A DNA stretch of 58,323 bases, from positions 29,892,275 through 29,950,597 of the forward strand of contig NC_068986.1 of NCBI RefSeq assembly GCF_001194135.2, given 5' to 3'. The position numbers were made by a program, and so were the translations under genes. This DNA is from Octopus bimaculoides (Eukaryota). Every line of letters begins with the position of its first letter. Within the stretch, counting starts at the first letter, position 1. Shown here one piece after another: positions 36,228-49,513 of the stretch. The notes beneath the pieces were generated by a model. That model did not search any database. It was not told where the DNA came from and saw nothing but the letters and a program-made list of their open reading frames with translations.

Positions 36228-36800
36228 GTGTAGTTGTTCAACTTGCTAGAGGTAGCAGTCAAATCTCCATCAAATCACACACTACCATCTTATGAAAAGA
36301 AAGGCAATGAGCTCTGCATATACAGAGGAACAGGGTGAGCAGTTTTGAAATTTGTTTTAATCATAGGTCCCCTCGATCAAGGTTAACTCTGAGTTAAACA
36401 ACAACATTAACAATAAAATACTGCCGTAAAAGAATGCATTGTCTCTGATTAGAATCACTATTTCATTTCACAAGAAGTCTTCTCTGTTTCTCATGACTAC
36501 ATTTTCACCTTTTGTGAATTCCTGTGAGTTATTTATGTCAACTAATACGAGATTGGCATTTGATATTTTTTATCTTGTCGTTATCTAGGCACACCAGTCT
36601 ACGTTGTTGTTTAATTCTCCAACCAATGAAGGTTATCCAACGTGATATAGCAGCCAAATAACCCTCAAATCACATCACACATCTTCGAAAATGACATTTT
36701 GAATTATGTGGACCTTGGTGTGTTGTGATGGAATGAAAATGGTTTGAATTCTTCAATCATAGGTTTGCTTGCCAAGGGAAAGCTTGGGACCAAACAAAAA
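36228..36800. mobile_element. Two copies of dispersed repeat family G (36228-36412 and 36600-36800)
   Basis: Shared GCAG(T/C)CAAAT...CTCAAATCACA...TCATAGGT...AAACAA. Confidence 0.5.
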
Positions 36801-36823
36801 TCACTATTTAGTTCACTCTAGTG

Positions 36824-36880
<57 letters not shown>

Positions 36881-37451
36881 CTGTATAATCTTTATTCTCA
36901 TGTAACCTGTCTTTCTGTTTCTCACTTTATATACATTTTATTCTGGCTCTCATTTTATCTCCAGATAAAACCATTCAGATGCTTTTTGTTCTTCTTCTTC
37001 ATCCTGTTGGGTGTTTCTTTCATGGCTTATCACAAACATTTAGTCCTTATTAAATCTCTAGTATAATGACATTGATGGCAGGCTAACTTAGCAGCAGTAT
37101 GTTAGATAAATTTGCTTTGGGCCAATTACATGAATAAGTTCTGAGTGTGCAACAAAACACACACTATCAGATATTGCATACCTTAGTGCATATAATATGC
37201 TACATATATCCTTTTTATCCTTTTCCTTTTACTAGTTTCTGTCATTGGACTTTGGTTATGCTGGAGCACCACCTTGAAAACAAAAGGATGTGTCGGTCTA
37301 AATTATTTTTTTTATTATTAAATATTTGCTTGTGTAATATATATTTTGTTGAAGACAAAATAGGGCAGCTGCTGTGCTGATGATGCTTACTAAGGCAGAA
37401 ACATGTGTCTGTTGCTAATGCTAACCACTTATCTCCAGACAATCAGACAGT

Positions 37452-37732
37452 CTGGCTGTCTGGGGTTGAATCTCAGATCAGGCGATGTATGTGTTTATGA
37501 GCGAAACACCTACGCTCCATGTGGCTCCGGCAGAAGGTAGTGGTGAACTTCAGCTGACTCTTTCACCACAACTTTCTCTCACTGTTTCCTCCTGCATCTA
37601 GCAGCTCACCTGCAATGGACTGGCATCCCATCCAGGTGGGGAACCTATACGCCAATGAAACTGGGAAACCGGCTCTTATGAGCAAGACATGGCTTGAGAA
37701 GAAACAAACAAACAAACAACAACAACAACAAC
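37452..37732 (+). mobile_element. Chimeric SINE: family B 5' half plus V-domain-like core
   Basis: TTTATGAGCGAAACACCTA..GCTCC..GGCTCCGGCAG...CTCTTTCACCACAACTTTCTCTCACT (family B), then CCTGCAATGGACTGGCATCCCATCCAGG...GAAACTGGGAAACC and a (CAA)n tail. Confidence 0.7.
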
Positions 37733-39814
37733 AATATTATCTTTAGAGTTAGGAATTTAAACATGATTTCCATTTTTTAAAGTCTGGTAGAAAGTTTTCT
37801 AAAGGAGATTTATCAACAGTTACACCAGCAGCTCAATTTTCTTCTTCCATAACAGGAACTAAATGGAACTACGCAGTTCTTTATAAATTTTATTCCTAAT
37901 TGTTTCCACAAGTTGAAAAAGTATCATTCCTCCATTCTGATCTATAACTCTAGGTCATAATCTTCCTTTTCATACATCATGAAAGAAAAAAAGGTAAAGA
38001 AGGGTCATATTTTATCGAATCATATTTAAACAGGCTCAAATTTATCTTAACTTGTCAGTTTCAATTAGAATCTTTTGCATAACAACACATGTTACCAGGG
38101 TTTTTCCTTTAAAACAGTTTTGACAATTCTGTCTAAAGATACTTTGATTTCCAGTTACTTATTTTCTATTGCAAATTCCAAATTAGTCTGCTGATAGGAA
38201 ATCATGGTTTTCTCATCTGGAATGATGACTCATTGACCTGCCTGAAATTATGTCACTTTACAGGTAGTTTCCCTAGTCTCCACTAAATCTATCTATATTT
38301 TGCACTCTATTTAATATGATATAATTAAGCTGTTCTCCTTTTTGGGACTGGTGTATCTAGAGGCTATATCTTGTACCAGCCTTGATTTTTTTTTTTCTTA
38401 ATAAATATTTACACCTTTCTTTCAGGCAAAAACTTGTTGCTAGAATTGAAATTAACCAATAGTAATTTCTCTTCTACCTCATTACTGAGTTTCATAGGAA
38501 TGGATTTGTTTGTTGTTTTCACTATATAGAATTTTTTTTTAATCCACAGTTCTACAGGTAGAAATGATTTGGTAAAGTAGGCAGTAATTCCTTCATCTTC
38601 TTTTTTTTCACACTTTTATGTTTTGACAGCAGCCCCCATCTTCTGCCTGATTTTTTTCCTTCTTTTCCTACCTGTTTATTGGATATAAAATTTATTATTT
38701 TTTTTTTTGCTTGCTTCTCTCTCTTTCTCATCATCAATCATCTGAACTCTTATCCTTTTCACTGATACCATAAATAACTTTTTATATAACACCCTTCTTT
38801 CTCATAGTCCTCCTCCTCCTCCTCCCTTAGCTCATTTAAAAAAGATTATTCTGTTGCATCTTAACATTCCTTATGCAAACCAACCTTACAGTTAAGAGTC
38901 TAAAACAAACATCTATAAATATATATTTTATTGGATAAGTGATGAATATCTAAAGCAAAATACCCACTCAGTATCTTTGCAAACATTCTCTTGTAGTTGT
39001 TGCTAATTCAAGATACTATTTCTGCAGGAATATTCCAGTGGAAATTTAGATCACATAACGAATACTGTAACATATTTTAGATAATTTTAGGTTAGTTATC
39101 GCTTAAACTATATACATATTTTGTAAAATATTTCATAGTCTTGTATGAAACAGTCTTTCTCAATTTTCAGATAGGTTTTTGCTTTTATATTTTAATTATT
39201 AGCTTCAAAGACCAGATTGGTAAAACTACTTAGAGAATAAGAAAAAAAATGTCTGATAAAATATAAGTATTTTTTTTTTATAGTATATTCCATATTCCTA
39301 AATTATAAAACTGAAAATATACAAATAAAATAAGAATCTTTAGAATTATATCTGTTTTGGTAACAGCTATGTTTGGGCAAGTTTAGCACACAATGACTCG
39401 TCTTCATTTTCCTTTATGTATGAAGTGATAGTAAAACTTGCTTAGTTTTTGTTTTTGTATGGAAGTACTTGTAAAAATATGAAGTATGTTCTATAGCACT
39501 TGCTTCCTTTTTATAAACATTCTGACACCATATATACATATGTACATGCACATGAGCTTATTTGGTTATCTCTAAGAAAGCAGTGTATTACTTCATAACC
39601 ACTTGCTCCAGGAAGTTACACTTTATACATGAGATTATTGAAGTTGGTAAATTGATATGGAGTTTTAAAAATTGGTGGTGAGAGATTTGTCTGGAATGCA
39701 TAAAAGTGGATGCAATTTGACTGCGACATCAGCAAATAACAAATTACTTTACTTAAAGTAGTTCTTTGTTCTGGGGTTGTACTTTCTTCTTGTGCAGTCA
39801 CAATGGCTCTAGAA

Positions 39815-40087
39815 CTGTGGTTCTCAACCATTTTTTACCTACAGACCCCGTTGATTACTATTTCATTCTGATAGACTGCCATAGCCATTCAACATGTTAA
39901 ACTATGTAAAACATTCGAGAAAGAAACCTAGCTGTTTCTTACAATAAATACACCTAAAGCCCCCAATTTTTTTCATGGATCCTTAAAATACTACTGTGGA
40001 TCCTCAATTTTCTATTTTGCTCGTATAGACCCCCAAAATCCTTTTATGGATCTCCAGAGTTCATATGGACCTTGGTTGAGACCACTG
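39815..40087. mobile_element. hAT (Charlie-like) MITE, 273 bp, with perfect 8-bp TSD
   Basis: TIRs CTGTGGTTCTCAACC / GGTTGAGACCACTG; TSD CTCTAGAA at 39807-39814 and 40088-40095, matching the Charlie NTCTAGAN preference. Confidence 0.9.
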
Positions 40088-40194
40088 CTCTAGAATAAGA
40101 CTTTTTCCTTATCTTTGCTTGCTTTGGGCAGAATATAAGATTATAATGGCTGGAGGTTTGCATCATTAATGTGTGTGCATGCTAGTGTGTATAT

Positions 40195-40363
40195 GGTAAA
40201 GGTAAAGTAAGGTAAAGTTACTTTCTTGAGTCGTTCTGTATCATAAGGTCTGGTTTCCCTGTTTCATAGCATATATACTCCCTATGTGGATGGGACACTG
40301 GTCCATCGCAGGAGTACTCAGTTTTGCCAGCTGAATGAACATGAAATGAAGTGTTTTACTCAA
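40195..40363 (-). mobile_element. V-domain-like SINE fragment
   Basis: Minus strand: CCTGCGATGGACCAGTGTCCCATCC...GAAACAGGGAAACC with a (CTTTAC)n tail. Confidence 0.65.
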
Positions 40364-40629
40364 TCGATTTTTGACTCCAATTTAGATCTTATTAGAGACA
40401 TCTAATCACTTGACCAATCTCAGAGAAACAAGTAGCCAATCTGTTTATATACATATCAAACCTTGTAGCTTCAGAGAACTGGAGCTTCTAATTTTGCACA
40501 TTATAAGTGTTTAAAACTTTATTTAATGATATTAGAGAGGGTTTCTAGTTATGGAAATCAAGCCATAATGCGAGTGAGGTGTGGTTTTCTGACCTGTCTA
40601 GGTGAGCAGCATCCCTGAATATGTGCTGA

Positions 40630-40845
40630 CTTTAACTGTAACAACTCCTCCAACCCATGCTAGCATGGAAAGTGGGCATAAAATGATGATGATAATGATG
40701 ATACATAACAGGCTTCCATGCAGTTTTTATCTACCAAAGCTTTCATCAGCCTAAGGCTAAAGTAGATGGCACTTGCCTAATGTACTGTGAGATAGAACCC
40801 CAAACCACATGATTACAAAGTGAACTTTGTATCCACACAGCTGCT
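40630..40845. mobile_element. Family D 3' end (+) adjacent to a family A head fragment (-)
   Basis: CCAACCCATGCTAGCATGGAAAG...ATGATGAT, then TCTACCAAAGC..GGCTAAAGTAG..ACTTGCCTAA..GAACCCCAAACCACATG. Confidence 0.6.
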
Positions 40846-41886
40846 CCAACGGTTGAATCTGTCAACCCAAAGTGTAATATATTTAAATAAAATCTGTACC
40901 TATGAGAAGCAAGGTTAGCTATTTACTTAAAACCTTATATCAACTTTCAAAGGTAAACATACTACATTTCTAATTTTCACTGTTACAAAAAAAGAACAAA
41001 AAAAAAGGTATAACAGATACAGTTAATCTATTTTTAATCATTCTTTGTTTTCTTTCTAAAAGTTATTCTATTTCCATCTCCAATGCAGTTGGTACTTTAT
41101 ATAAACTCTGCATGATGAGTTAATGGACTTGTAGTTTTCTAATGGTTTCTATTGAATTATTCATTGATTCTAAATATATCACTCTTTTAATGGTTTACAA
41201 ATACTTTTAGCACATCAATTACAATTCCCAATTTGATTTTTAACTCATTCTGTAACCAATGCTTAGGTCAGTTAGTTTTTGTGAAATTATTGTTTTTGTT
41301 ATTGTATTTAGTCTTGATTTATCATCAGGATCATCAACATAATCATCCTGGTGCTTGTCTTGTGGTTTTCATACAAAACCCTAACCATCAGAGGATTGCT
41401 TTCCTGATTCATCCAAAAGCAATGTTGTGGTCTTTCATGCTTGCAAAGCCTTTGACAACATCTAGCAAGAGAACCTCTTGGTTAAGTTTATCCGTTTATG
41501 AGCCACCATCTGAGTCTCATTTCATGGATCAGAAGTTCTTTTTCAAATATACTCCATCACTGTATCAACAGAATACTCTGAATCCCACTACATCCTAGAA
41601 ACTAGGCTCCCACTTCAAGAGCAGAAACTATTTCATCTCTTTATTGTTGTCGATCATTTATGAGGCCCAATTACATTTCATATTAGAGCAGTACTACTCA
41701 CATATTTGTGGTGGTACAGCTGCCTTGCACACATAAAACATTTATAAAACATTAAAAAAAAAGAACTGACCAGATCATTACATAAACAGTCACTCACAAA
41801 TATTCTAGAATCCTAAATCCAACCAATATATAATGTCCTCCCTCTATCCTCTGAACTGGCAAACTATGACTCCCACACACATTCTC

Positions 41887-42085
41887 ACCATGCCAAAATC
41901 AAACTGGAGTCTGGTGCAGCCTTCCAGTGTGCCAGCCCAGTCAAACCGTCCAATCCATGCCAGCATGGACAATGGATATTAAATGATGATGATGATGATG
42001 ATGAAATACAGTGGGCTTCCTTCAGTTTCCAACTACCAGATCTACTCACAAGGCTTTGGTTGGCCCAAGGCAAGTAGAAGACACC
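41887..42085. mobile_element. Family D 3' end (+) adjacent to a family A head fragment (-)
   Basis: CTGGAGTCTGGTGCAGCC...CCAATCCATGCCAGCATGG...(GAT)n, then GGGCTTCCTTCAGTTTCC...CTCACAAGGCTTTGG. Confidence 0.7.
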
Positions 42086-42585
42086 TCATATCTGGCACAT
42101 TGGGTATTTTTAGCAGAGTTCAGACCTTTGCAAATATATGGGCTAGCTTCCAGTTTGGGGATATCTCCCCCTCTCTCCTTTCCACCAGTTTTGAAGGTCC
42201 TGTAAAAGAGCACAGACACAGTCTTTCTTCCTGCGTAAAATATATATTTAAAAAAAAAAAATACACGTATTTCCTTAACCTCATTTTTCAAATGCTTCAT
42301 TTTATTCATTTTCTTCTTCTGCTAAAAATGGGACCACTTGACTCTGAAGTCAGTTTTACAAATTGCCAAAAGTTGTTTTTATAGTTACTATTACTCAGCT
42401 ATGAAGGAACTATTTTTTTGAATAGGAAGATTAATGCAAATAAGGTGCTTCACTTTAAAGAAATAATGTAATACATGTGACAAATTTCAGACATTGCCCC
42501 ATGTCCAATAATCTTGGACTCTAGTTATTCAGGACATTGACTCTGTTTTATTAGTTTTATTCAAAACAAGGATTATATTTGTCAT

Positions 42586-42790
42586 GTCTTTCACTTATCT
42601 TTCTTTACTATAAACAATTATCTTCCTTCGTTATAAACATCTTTACTATAAACATTTTCCTTTGCTATAAACAATTGTTTTTCTCTATTGTAAACAATTT
42701 CTCTACTGTAAACCATTTTTTTACTGTAAGCAATTATCTTTCTTTATTGTAGACTATAAACAATTATCTTCCTTCACTGCAAATATTTAA
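42586..42790 (+). repeat. Degenerate minisatellite, unit about 21-22 bp, about 8 units
   Basis: Recurring CTTTACTATAAACAATTATCTT variants. Confidence 0.75.
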
Positions 42791-44003
42791 CTTCCTTTAC
42801 TGAAAATAATAATTTTTATTTTATTACATGTATAACAAGTATGTTTAAGATACATATATTACATATATGAAACAAAACCACATTAAAATACAAATTCAAA
42901 ATCAAAGAAAAACAAGCATGAGTGAAGAAAGAAAAAAGAAGAATGAAAGAAGAAAAAGAAGAATGAAAGAAAAAGAAAAGAACATTAATTCAACACTAAG
43001 TGCCTCAATTGGATGCACACCACCAGGTTTTATGGAATCTACAGAAGCAAACCAACACACTTGCAGTATTACTATGGGTGATGGCAAGAATAAAGTATTG
43101 GAATGGTCCAGCACTCTCATGGGCATCACCTGATACCCCAGTAAGATGAGTTGTCAATGATGACTAGAACTTTGCTGTTAGTGGCTCAGCCCCTCTAAAC
43201 ATCTCAAATGCTACTGGCTGGAAGAAATATTTCACTGACCTTTTTTTTTCTTTCTTTATCATTTATTTATCCTTTCACAAACCTTAGTGTTCCATGAGAC
43301 TAAAACATAATTCTGGACTTTGAAGTGTTAAGCTGCTGAGCAACATTTCCCTTCCTTGTCTTTAACGCTAGTTGTAACTGTTACCCAACCTGTTCATTTT
43401 TCCTGAAGATGTTAGGTTGTAATATGAGAGAGAGATTTGGATGCTATTTCTCTGAGGTCGAGCAATCATATAAAATCTCCACCAGAAAGTAACATCATCA
43501 GGTGAACTTAGACATATAGAATAAAATACCTGCCCTGAAATGCATTTAAAAAAATTCATTTTGTGCTGTAGACATATTCTTGTGACATTTGAGCCAGTAT
43601 TCCAATTCTTTAAGCATTAAGTTAGTTTGCTTATTATGACAAATATTGAAATTGTAACTGACTTTCTGTAGTTGTATTTCAATTGACATAAATTCTTTCT
43701 CCAATGCTAAACTGATAGAATTTAAAAAGAAAAGCAATCTATGAATTAGTCATTCTTAACAGAACTTTCTTCTATAATATTCAACAATGTATAGACACGG
43801 TACATTTCGTATTCACTTCTCTACTATCACAAACTCTTGTCCGCCTCTCACATCATTACGTTAATCAGTATCATCACAGTCATCATCTGTTATCACACTT
43901 TTAATTCGTTACTCTTGATGTTGTTGCTACTACTACTACTATCTCTCACACATTTGCTGCTATAGCCATCATCACCTTTTCCATCCATCGACACTACTTT
44001 ATC

Positions 44004-44047
44004 TCCTCCTCCTCCTCCTCCTCCTCCTCCTCCTCCTCCTCATCATC

Positions 44048-44079
<32 letters not shown>

Positions 44080-44360
44080 CATCATCATCNNNNNNNNNNN
44101 NNNNNNNNNNNNNNNNNNNNNNNNNNNNNNNNNNNNNNNNNNNNNNNNNNNNNNNNNNNNNNNNNNNNNNNNNNNNNNNNNNNNNNNNNNNNNNNNNNNN
44201 NNNNNNNNNNNNNNNNNNNNNNNNNNNCCACCATCACCCACCACCACCATCACCAACCACCACCATCGTCATTGTCGTCGTCATTGTCATCATCATCATC
44301 ATTATTATTATCATCGTCCTCATCATCACTACCACCACAAACACCACCATCATCGTCATT
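44004..44360 (+). repeat. Compound trinucleotide microsatellite (CCT)n(CAT)n-gap-(CAC/CAT/CGT)n
   Basis: Directly visible, in phase across motif changes. Confidence 0.95.
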
Positions 44361-45080
44361 GTTAATTTTCTAAGCCAGCAGCTTGATTTCCATTGGTTTC
44401 ATGAAGGAAGAAATCGCTTTTATTTTTTTTTATTCTTTTCAACCATTCATTTCTAATAAGGTATTTCATTCACATGGAAAATGTGATATATATATATGTA
44501 TGTATGTTTTGTTTTTTCTCACTCTCTCACTCCACCCACCCACTCACCCACCATTCCATCCATCTTAGCCTACAGCTGCTGTACCTGTAGAACAGTTTTG
44601 TACCTCCCACCAAAGTCCTTGTCAATGAATGACAGTTTCATTGATTGGACCGGATTTGGTTTTTTACACCAGCCTGAATCACTTGGTTATATATGACAAA
44701 CACAGTCTGTTGAGTTCCTATGTTAATGCCAATCTCTATACAACCATATTTCCTCATAACATTTTTATGTTTGCTTCTACTTCGAGTTGTCTATTTTTTT
44801 TTATAGTCGTAATATAACTGCCTTGAAATCACTTACTTTCTCTTTAGAGCATTATGTGTGAGACAATAAGAAAAGGGACATTTTTGTTTGTCTGAAAGAA
44901 AACACTGAAGCACATGTGTACTTGAATTTGTCAATGAATGATTAGCTGTATTGATTTTTAAGGGTTTGTGGAAAATTGGTGTTGTGATGTTCATGCCTTT
45001 CTGTAAGGTATCAGTGCAGTGATCAAAGTAGATACTCACAATGGGATCAAATTCTCTTCAGAAAATATTCTGTGTGTATG

Positions 45081-45116
<36 letters not shown>

Positions 45117-46526
45117 GTGCAGTTTAGGTAAGCTTTGATTGAGAAGACTATGCCATCAGGTAGCTGGCTGAATAACTAGGTGTGACACATAGATCAGATC
45201 TATTGTTATAGATAAAGCATATTTCCTGCTAGCCGAAGACCATTGTGCACACCTTGGCAAGTAATGGTGAATCATGTAGAGTACAATGTGACATTCTGGA
45301 CAGGTTATACAGATACACATGTGCATGTGTGTGTGTGCATGTGCATGCATGTGTGTATGAGAGAGAGAAAGGGAGACACAGAGATACTTTTAACATTTTT
45401 CTTCGTTTATTTTTCATATATGTTTTGCTATCAAATGACTATCAGCTTATTTACGACCATAAATAATGACATGAAAATATTCAAGGTAATTTATATCTAA
45501 CAACTTTTGCTGAGAAGCTAGACTTCACTGTCATTGCTCTCACTGGTTGCTTATATATTAAATATACGCTACAAAAGAAATATACGCAGGAAGAGTAGAA
45601 AACAAAAAGAGCAAACAGCTAAAAAAGAAATTTATTGGAAAAGGTGTGGTACGTTTGTGTTGGATGGTTGCTAATGGTGTTTGGGATGTGGTAGAATGAG
45701 TCATAGAACTGAATTTATTATTGTAATATTACTAATAATACGTTGTAGTATTGTTAACTTGGTAGTTACTAGTAGGATTAATACTAAACTGATGATTGAG
45801 ATAATTCTATTTTTCTTTTTAAAAACAAGTTAAAATAGATTAAGGAAAACTAAATGTTAATTGTTCTAATATAATTGAGTTACTTAACTTCTTCCGCCCA
45901 CATACTTCTGTAACACGTGGCAATCTGTGTGATTGTTCCAGAAAAATAATGAAGCATCTTAGTAAGAAATAACTGAAGATACTTTACACCAAACTAACTG
46001 ACAGCTGCTTTGTTATAAGAAATTACCAAGGCAAAGATGTACTGGAGCAATTCTCTTTCCTCTTGAACAGACCTATTTAGGACAACGCCCAGTTTCTCAT
46101 TGCTACTGAGAATGAGGTCTATTACAAATGATGGCTGGTCTTGAATTTGCAGAAAATAGCAATGAATTCTTGAGAAATTGAATACAATAAAAACAAATAC
46201 ACTGTTCATGAAGGAAGAGACTTGTGACTAGTGAAATATAATTATGTCAATTTCAAATATTGATTACCTGAAATTGTCTTTGCCTTTTACGTTTTAGCTG
46301 GTTTTCTTTTTTATTTTTTAAATTTCATATCACAATTGATGAACAAAAGTCATTACTTATAGGTTTCCATCTTAGTCAATCATTGGTTCACTACATTCCT
46401 GACGGCTAAAGTGATAAGGGAGTGCCTGTAATTTGATACAAACACCACAAGGGACTTAATTTGCAAAGCACTAGTATTTATACTTTTCTTAAGAAATTTA
46501 TATCTTTCATGGATATACATTATGGA

Positions 46527-46936
46527 AAGGTGGTGAGCAGGAAGAAATGTTAGCATGCCGGGAGAAATGCTTAGTGGTATTTCGTCTGTCTTTACGTTCT
46601 GAGTTCAAATTCTGCTGAGACCGACTTTGCCTTTCATCCTGTTGGAGGTCAATAAATTAAGTACCAGTTGTGTACTGGAATCGATCTAATCGACTGGCCC
46701 CCTCCCCCAAAATTTCGAACTTTGTGCCTAGAGTAGAAAAGAATATTTATAGTATGTAAGGCGGCGAGCTGGCAGAAACATTAATATGCCAGGTGAAATA
46801 CATAGCAGTATTTCACTATCTTTATGTTCTGAGTTCAAATTCCGCCAAGGTCGACTTTGCCTTTCATCCTTTTGGGGGGTCAATAAATTAAGTACCAGTT
46901 GCATACTGGGGTAGATCTACTCAACTGGCCCCCTCC
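46527..46936 (+). mobile_element. Two tandem family C SINEs (46527-46744 and 46756-46936)
   Basis: Both have TTCTGAGTTCAAATT...GACTTTGCCTTTCATCCT...AATAAATTAAGTACCAGTTG...ACTGGCCCC; head GGCGGCGAGCTGGCAGAA. Confidence 0.85.
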
Positions 46937-47294
46937 AAGTATATTACTGCTGGATTCCATTTTATATTTATTATTCTGTGATATGAGAATAATATTATTT
47001 TTTTAAAGTTTAATTGAATCAGACAAGTAGAATCATAAGCCTTGTATTAGAACATGGTATATTCACAGGAGGTTTGAGTTTGTGATTTATGCAAAACAAA
47101 TTCATATGTGAGGTGGCAAAAATTTGAATCACTTAATAATTTCAAAGTCTATATAACTGTTCACCTGAACACTTGATATATAAACTAAGATCTTCACAGT
47201 AAACATTCATAAGAAATATTCAGCTGTGGAAAATACTTTTGGAAGAACTTAATACTATGACAGTGTAAGAGATGTATCGCTTCAAGATAATTGG

Positions 47295-48447
47295 ATAGTT
47301 TTATTTAACCATTGAAAATCTATTCAATACTATTTCCATTCAATACTTCTTAAATATATATACATTACATTCATTAATATCACAGCTATGGCTCCATCAT
47401 TTCAAATTAATTTACACACTTCTTTGTTCTTTTCTCTCAGTATTTTATGTTAGACATTTTGTATTGGACAAAGATTCAGTGCAGCAGAGTAGAAAATTTA
47501 TATTTGGTAATGGTGCCAGTGTTGGTATAAACACAATATTCTATAAAGCTGAACTGCAGTTGTTTATAACAAAGAGATTCTCTCTGAGATACTCTCTGTC
47601 TTTTGCTGTCTGTTCAGACATAGTGCTGGTCATATGATGGTTTGCTATCAGAAATTTAATAGCTGGAGCTGAAATGTAAGCAGTGAAGGAGGAGGAAGAA
47701 ATGAAATGAGTATTATCTTCTTTAGATCAACTACAGGCACATCAACTCACAACGAAGTAAGCAGCTGATAAGTATTTAGAATTGGATGTTCCTTGTGATT
47801 TAAAAGGCTCATATGTTCTGGAGATTTCATGAGACAGGATTAGAGTAAAATTGAATAAAATGATTGTGGGTGGAAACCACAGTTGACATAAAATAATTAG
47901 AAAGTGATTGGTTTTAGAGTAATATACAAAGTAAAGCTAAGCGAGAAAGAAGACAAAAATAAGGATGATTTAACAGATATTTTTCTGTTGATATAAGCAT
48001 AGAAAAATACAAATAAATATTTCTGACTACAAAGAGAATGCAATTTTGTTCTGTCTCATTACATTTGTACTTTGATAATTGGTCTTGCCAACTAGATCTA
48101 ATAGAAAATAACAATTTGTTAGATATTTATTTATTTATTTAAAAGAAAATTAACTTACATTGTTTAAAAATGTAAATTATTGATGTAATCATTTTACTTT
48201 CATTAGTATCTTTTGTCTAGAGGATTCGAAACAACTCTAAAAAAACAAAAAAATTAAGTATAATAAAGACTATTTATAACGCAAATAGTTTTATTTAATC
48301 ATTGAAATCATATTCAATACTATTTCCATCCAATAGTTCTCAAATATATATAAGTTACTTACATTACATTACAAATGTTGCTTCATCATTTTAACTTAAT
48401 TTACACAGTTCTTTGTTCTTCCAACTCAGAAATTTTTGCATCAGACA
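47295..48447 (+). repeat. Local direct duplication of about 160 bp: 47295-47456 and 48285-48447
   Basis: Shared ATAGTTTTATTTAA.CATTGAAA..TATTCAATACTATTTCCAT.CAATA...TTAATTTACACA.TTCTTTGTTCTT...CTCAG; offset 990 bp. Confidence 0.85.
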
Positions 48448-48996
48448 AAGGTTTGTTTGTGCTATAATAACTAAAATGCTTGATTCACTCCTCATGCTCC
48501 TTCCCCTCTTTTTCATTCTCTTTCTTATTGTTGTTTGTTCCTTTAAAATATGGTATAAACTATTCTCTTCAGAAAAAAAATTGATGAGTAAAGGAGTTTA
48601 TTATTTTCTACCATTGTCTTTCTTTTTCAAATGAGTAGTTGCATTATGTGAGTAGTTGCAACAGGAAAGTGGATAAAATTATATCAGCCTTTTAAGTTTA
48701 AGCTTATTGTATGTTATGCTCCGGTGCACTACAACTTGCCAGGAAAAAGTAAGAGAGGGGATAGAAAGCTCAATAAGTCATGTAAGGAAATAGCAATGAA
48801 TGCCAAAAGTATATGCACGGTACACAGAATAAAACACAAAAAGACAGAAAAAGGGACAGTAAAAGAACCCATATTAATCTTAGTGATTTGATTTTTTTCT
48901 CCAATGTCAAAAAAGATTCTTTATTTAATAAATATGAACTCAATACCTGTGTAGTTTGTACAGAAATTTATGCACATATGGGAAAAGGTTCTCCTT

Positions 48997-49513
48997 GAGG
49001 ATGAAAGGAAGAGGATCAGAGTTGTGTAAGATCTGCAATGTTGTATGGAAGTGAGACATGGTGTCTGAGTGAAAGTGAAATGGAAATTTTGAGAAGGACC
49101 GAGAGAGCAATGGTGAGAGCAGTGGTGAGAGCAATGTGTGGTGTGAAACTATTGGATAAAAGGAAGGCTGAGGACTTGATGGGGTTGGTGGGGTTGGAAG
49201 AATTGGTGGAACAGCCGGCAAGGGCGAATGGAGTGCGGTGGTATGGACATTTGTTGAGGAGGGTTGAGGATTATGTTCTGAGGAGAGTGCTTGAGTTTAA
49301 AGTGAATGAACCGTGAAAGCGAGGTCAGCCAAAGAAAACATCAAGGGGCCAGGTTGAGGAGGAAATTGGAAGGGTTGGCTTGAGGAGGGAAGAAATCCAA
49401 AACCGGGTGAGATAGTGAGATGGTGTGACAGCAGTTGCTGTAGGTAGATCGCCCCCCCCCCTATTAACGGGGTCAAACCTGGATTTAAAATATTAGACAT
49501 CATCATCATCATC
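48997..49513 (+). mobile_element. RTE (RTE-X-like) LINE, 5'-truncated
   Basis: MLYGSETW...ERAMVRAMCGVKL.D...VRWYGHLLRR...VLRRVLEF.V...KRGQPKKT, 3' CCCCTATTAACGGGG hairpin-like motif and (CAT)n tail. Confidence 0.9.

Noticed and set aside
41233-41598. 121-aa plus-strand ORF
   Set aside because: No recognisable domain, TTG start and no splice support.
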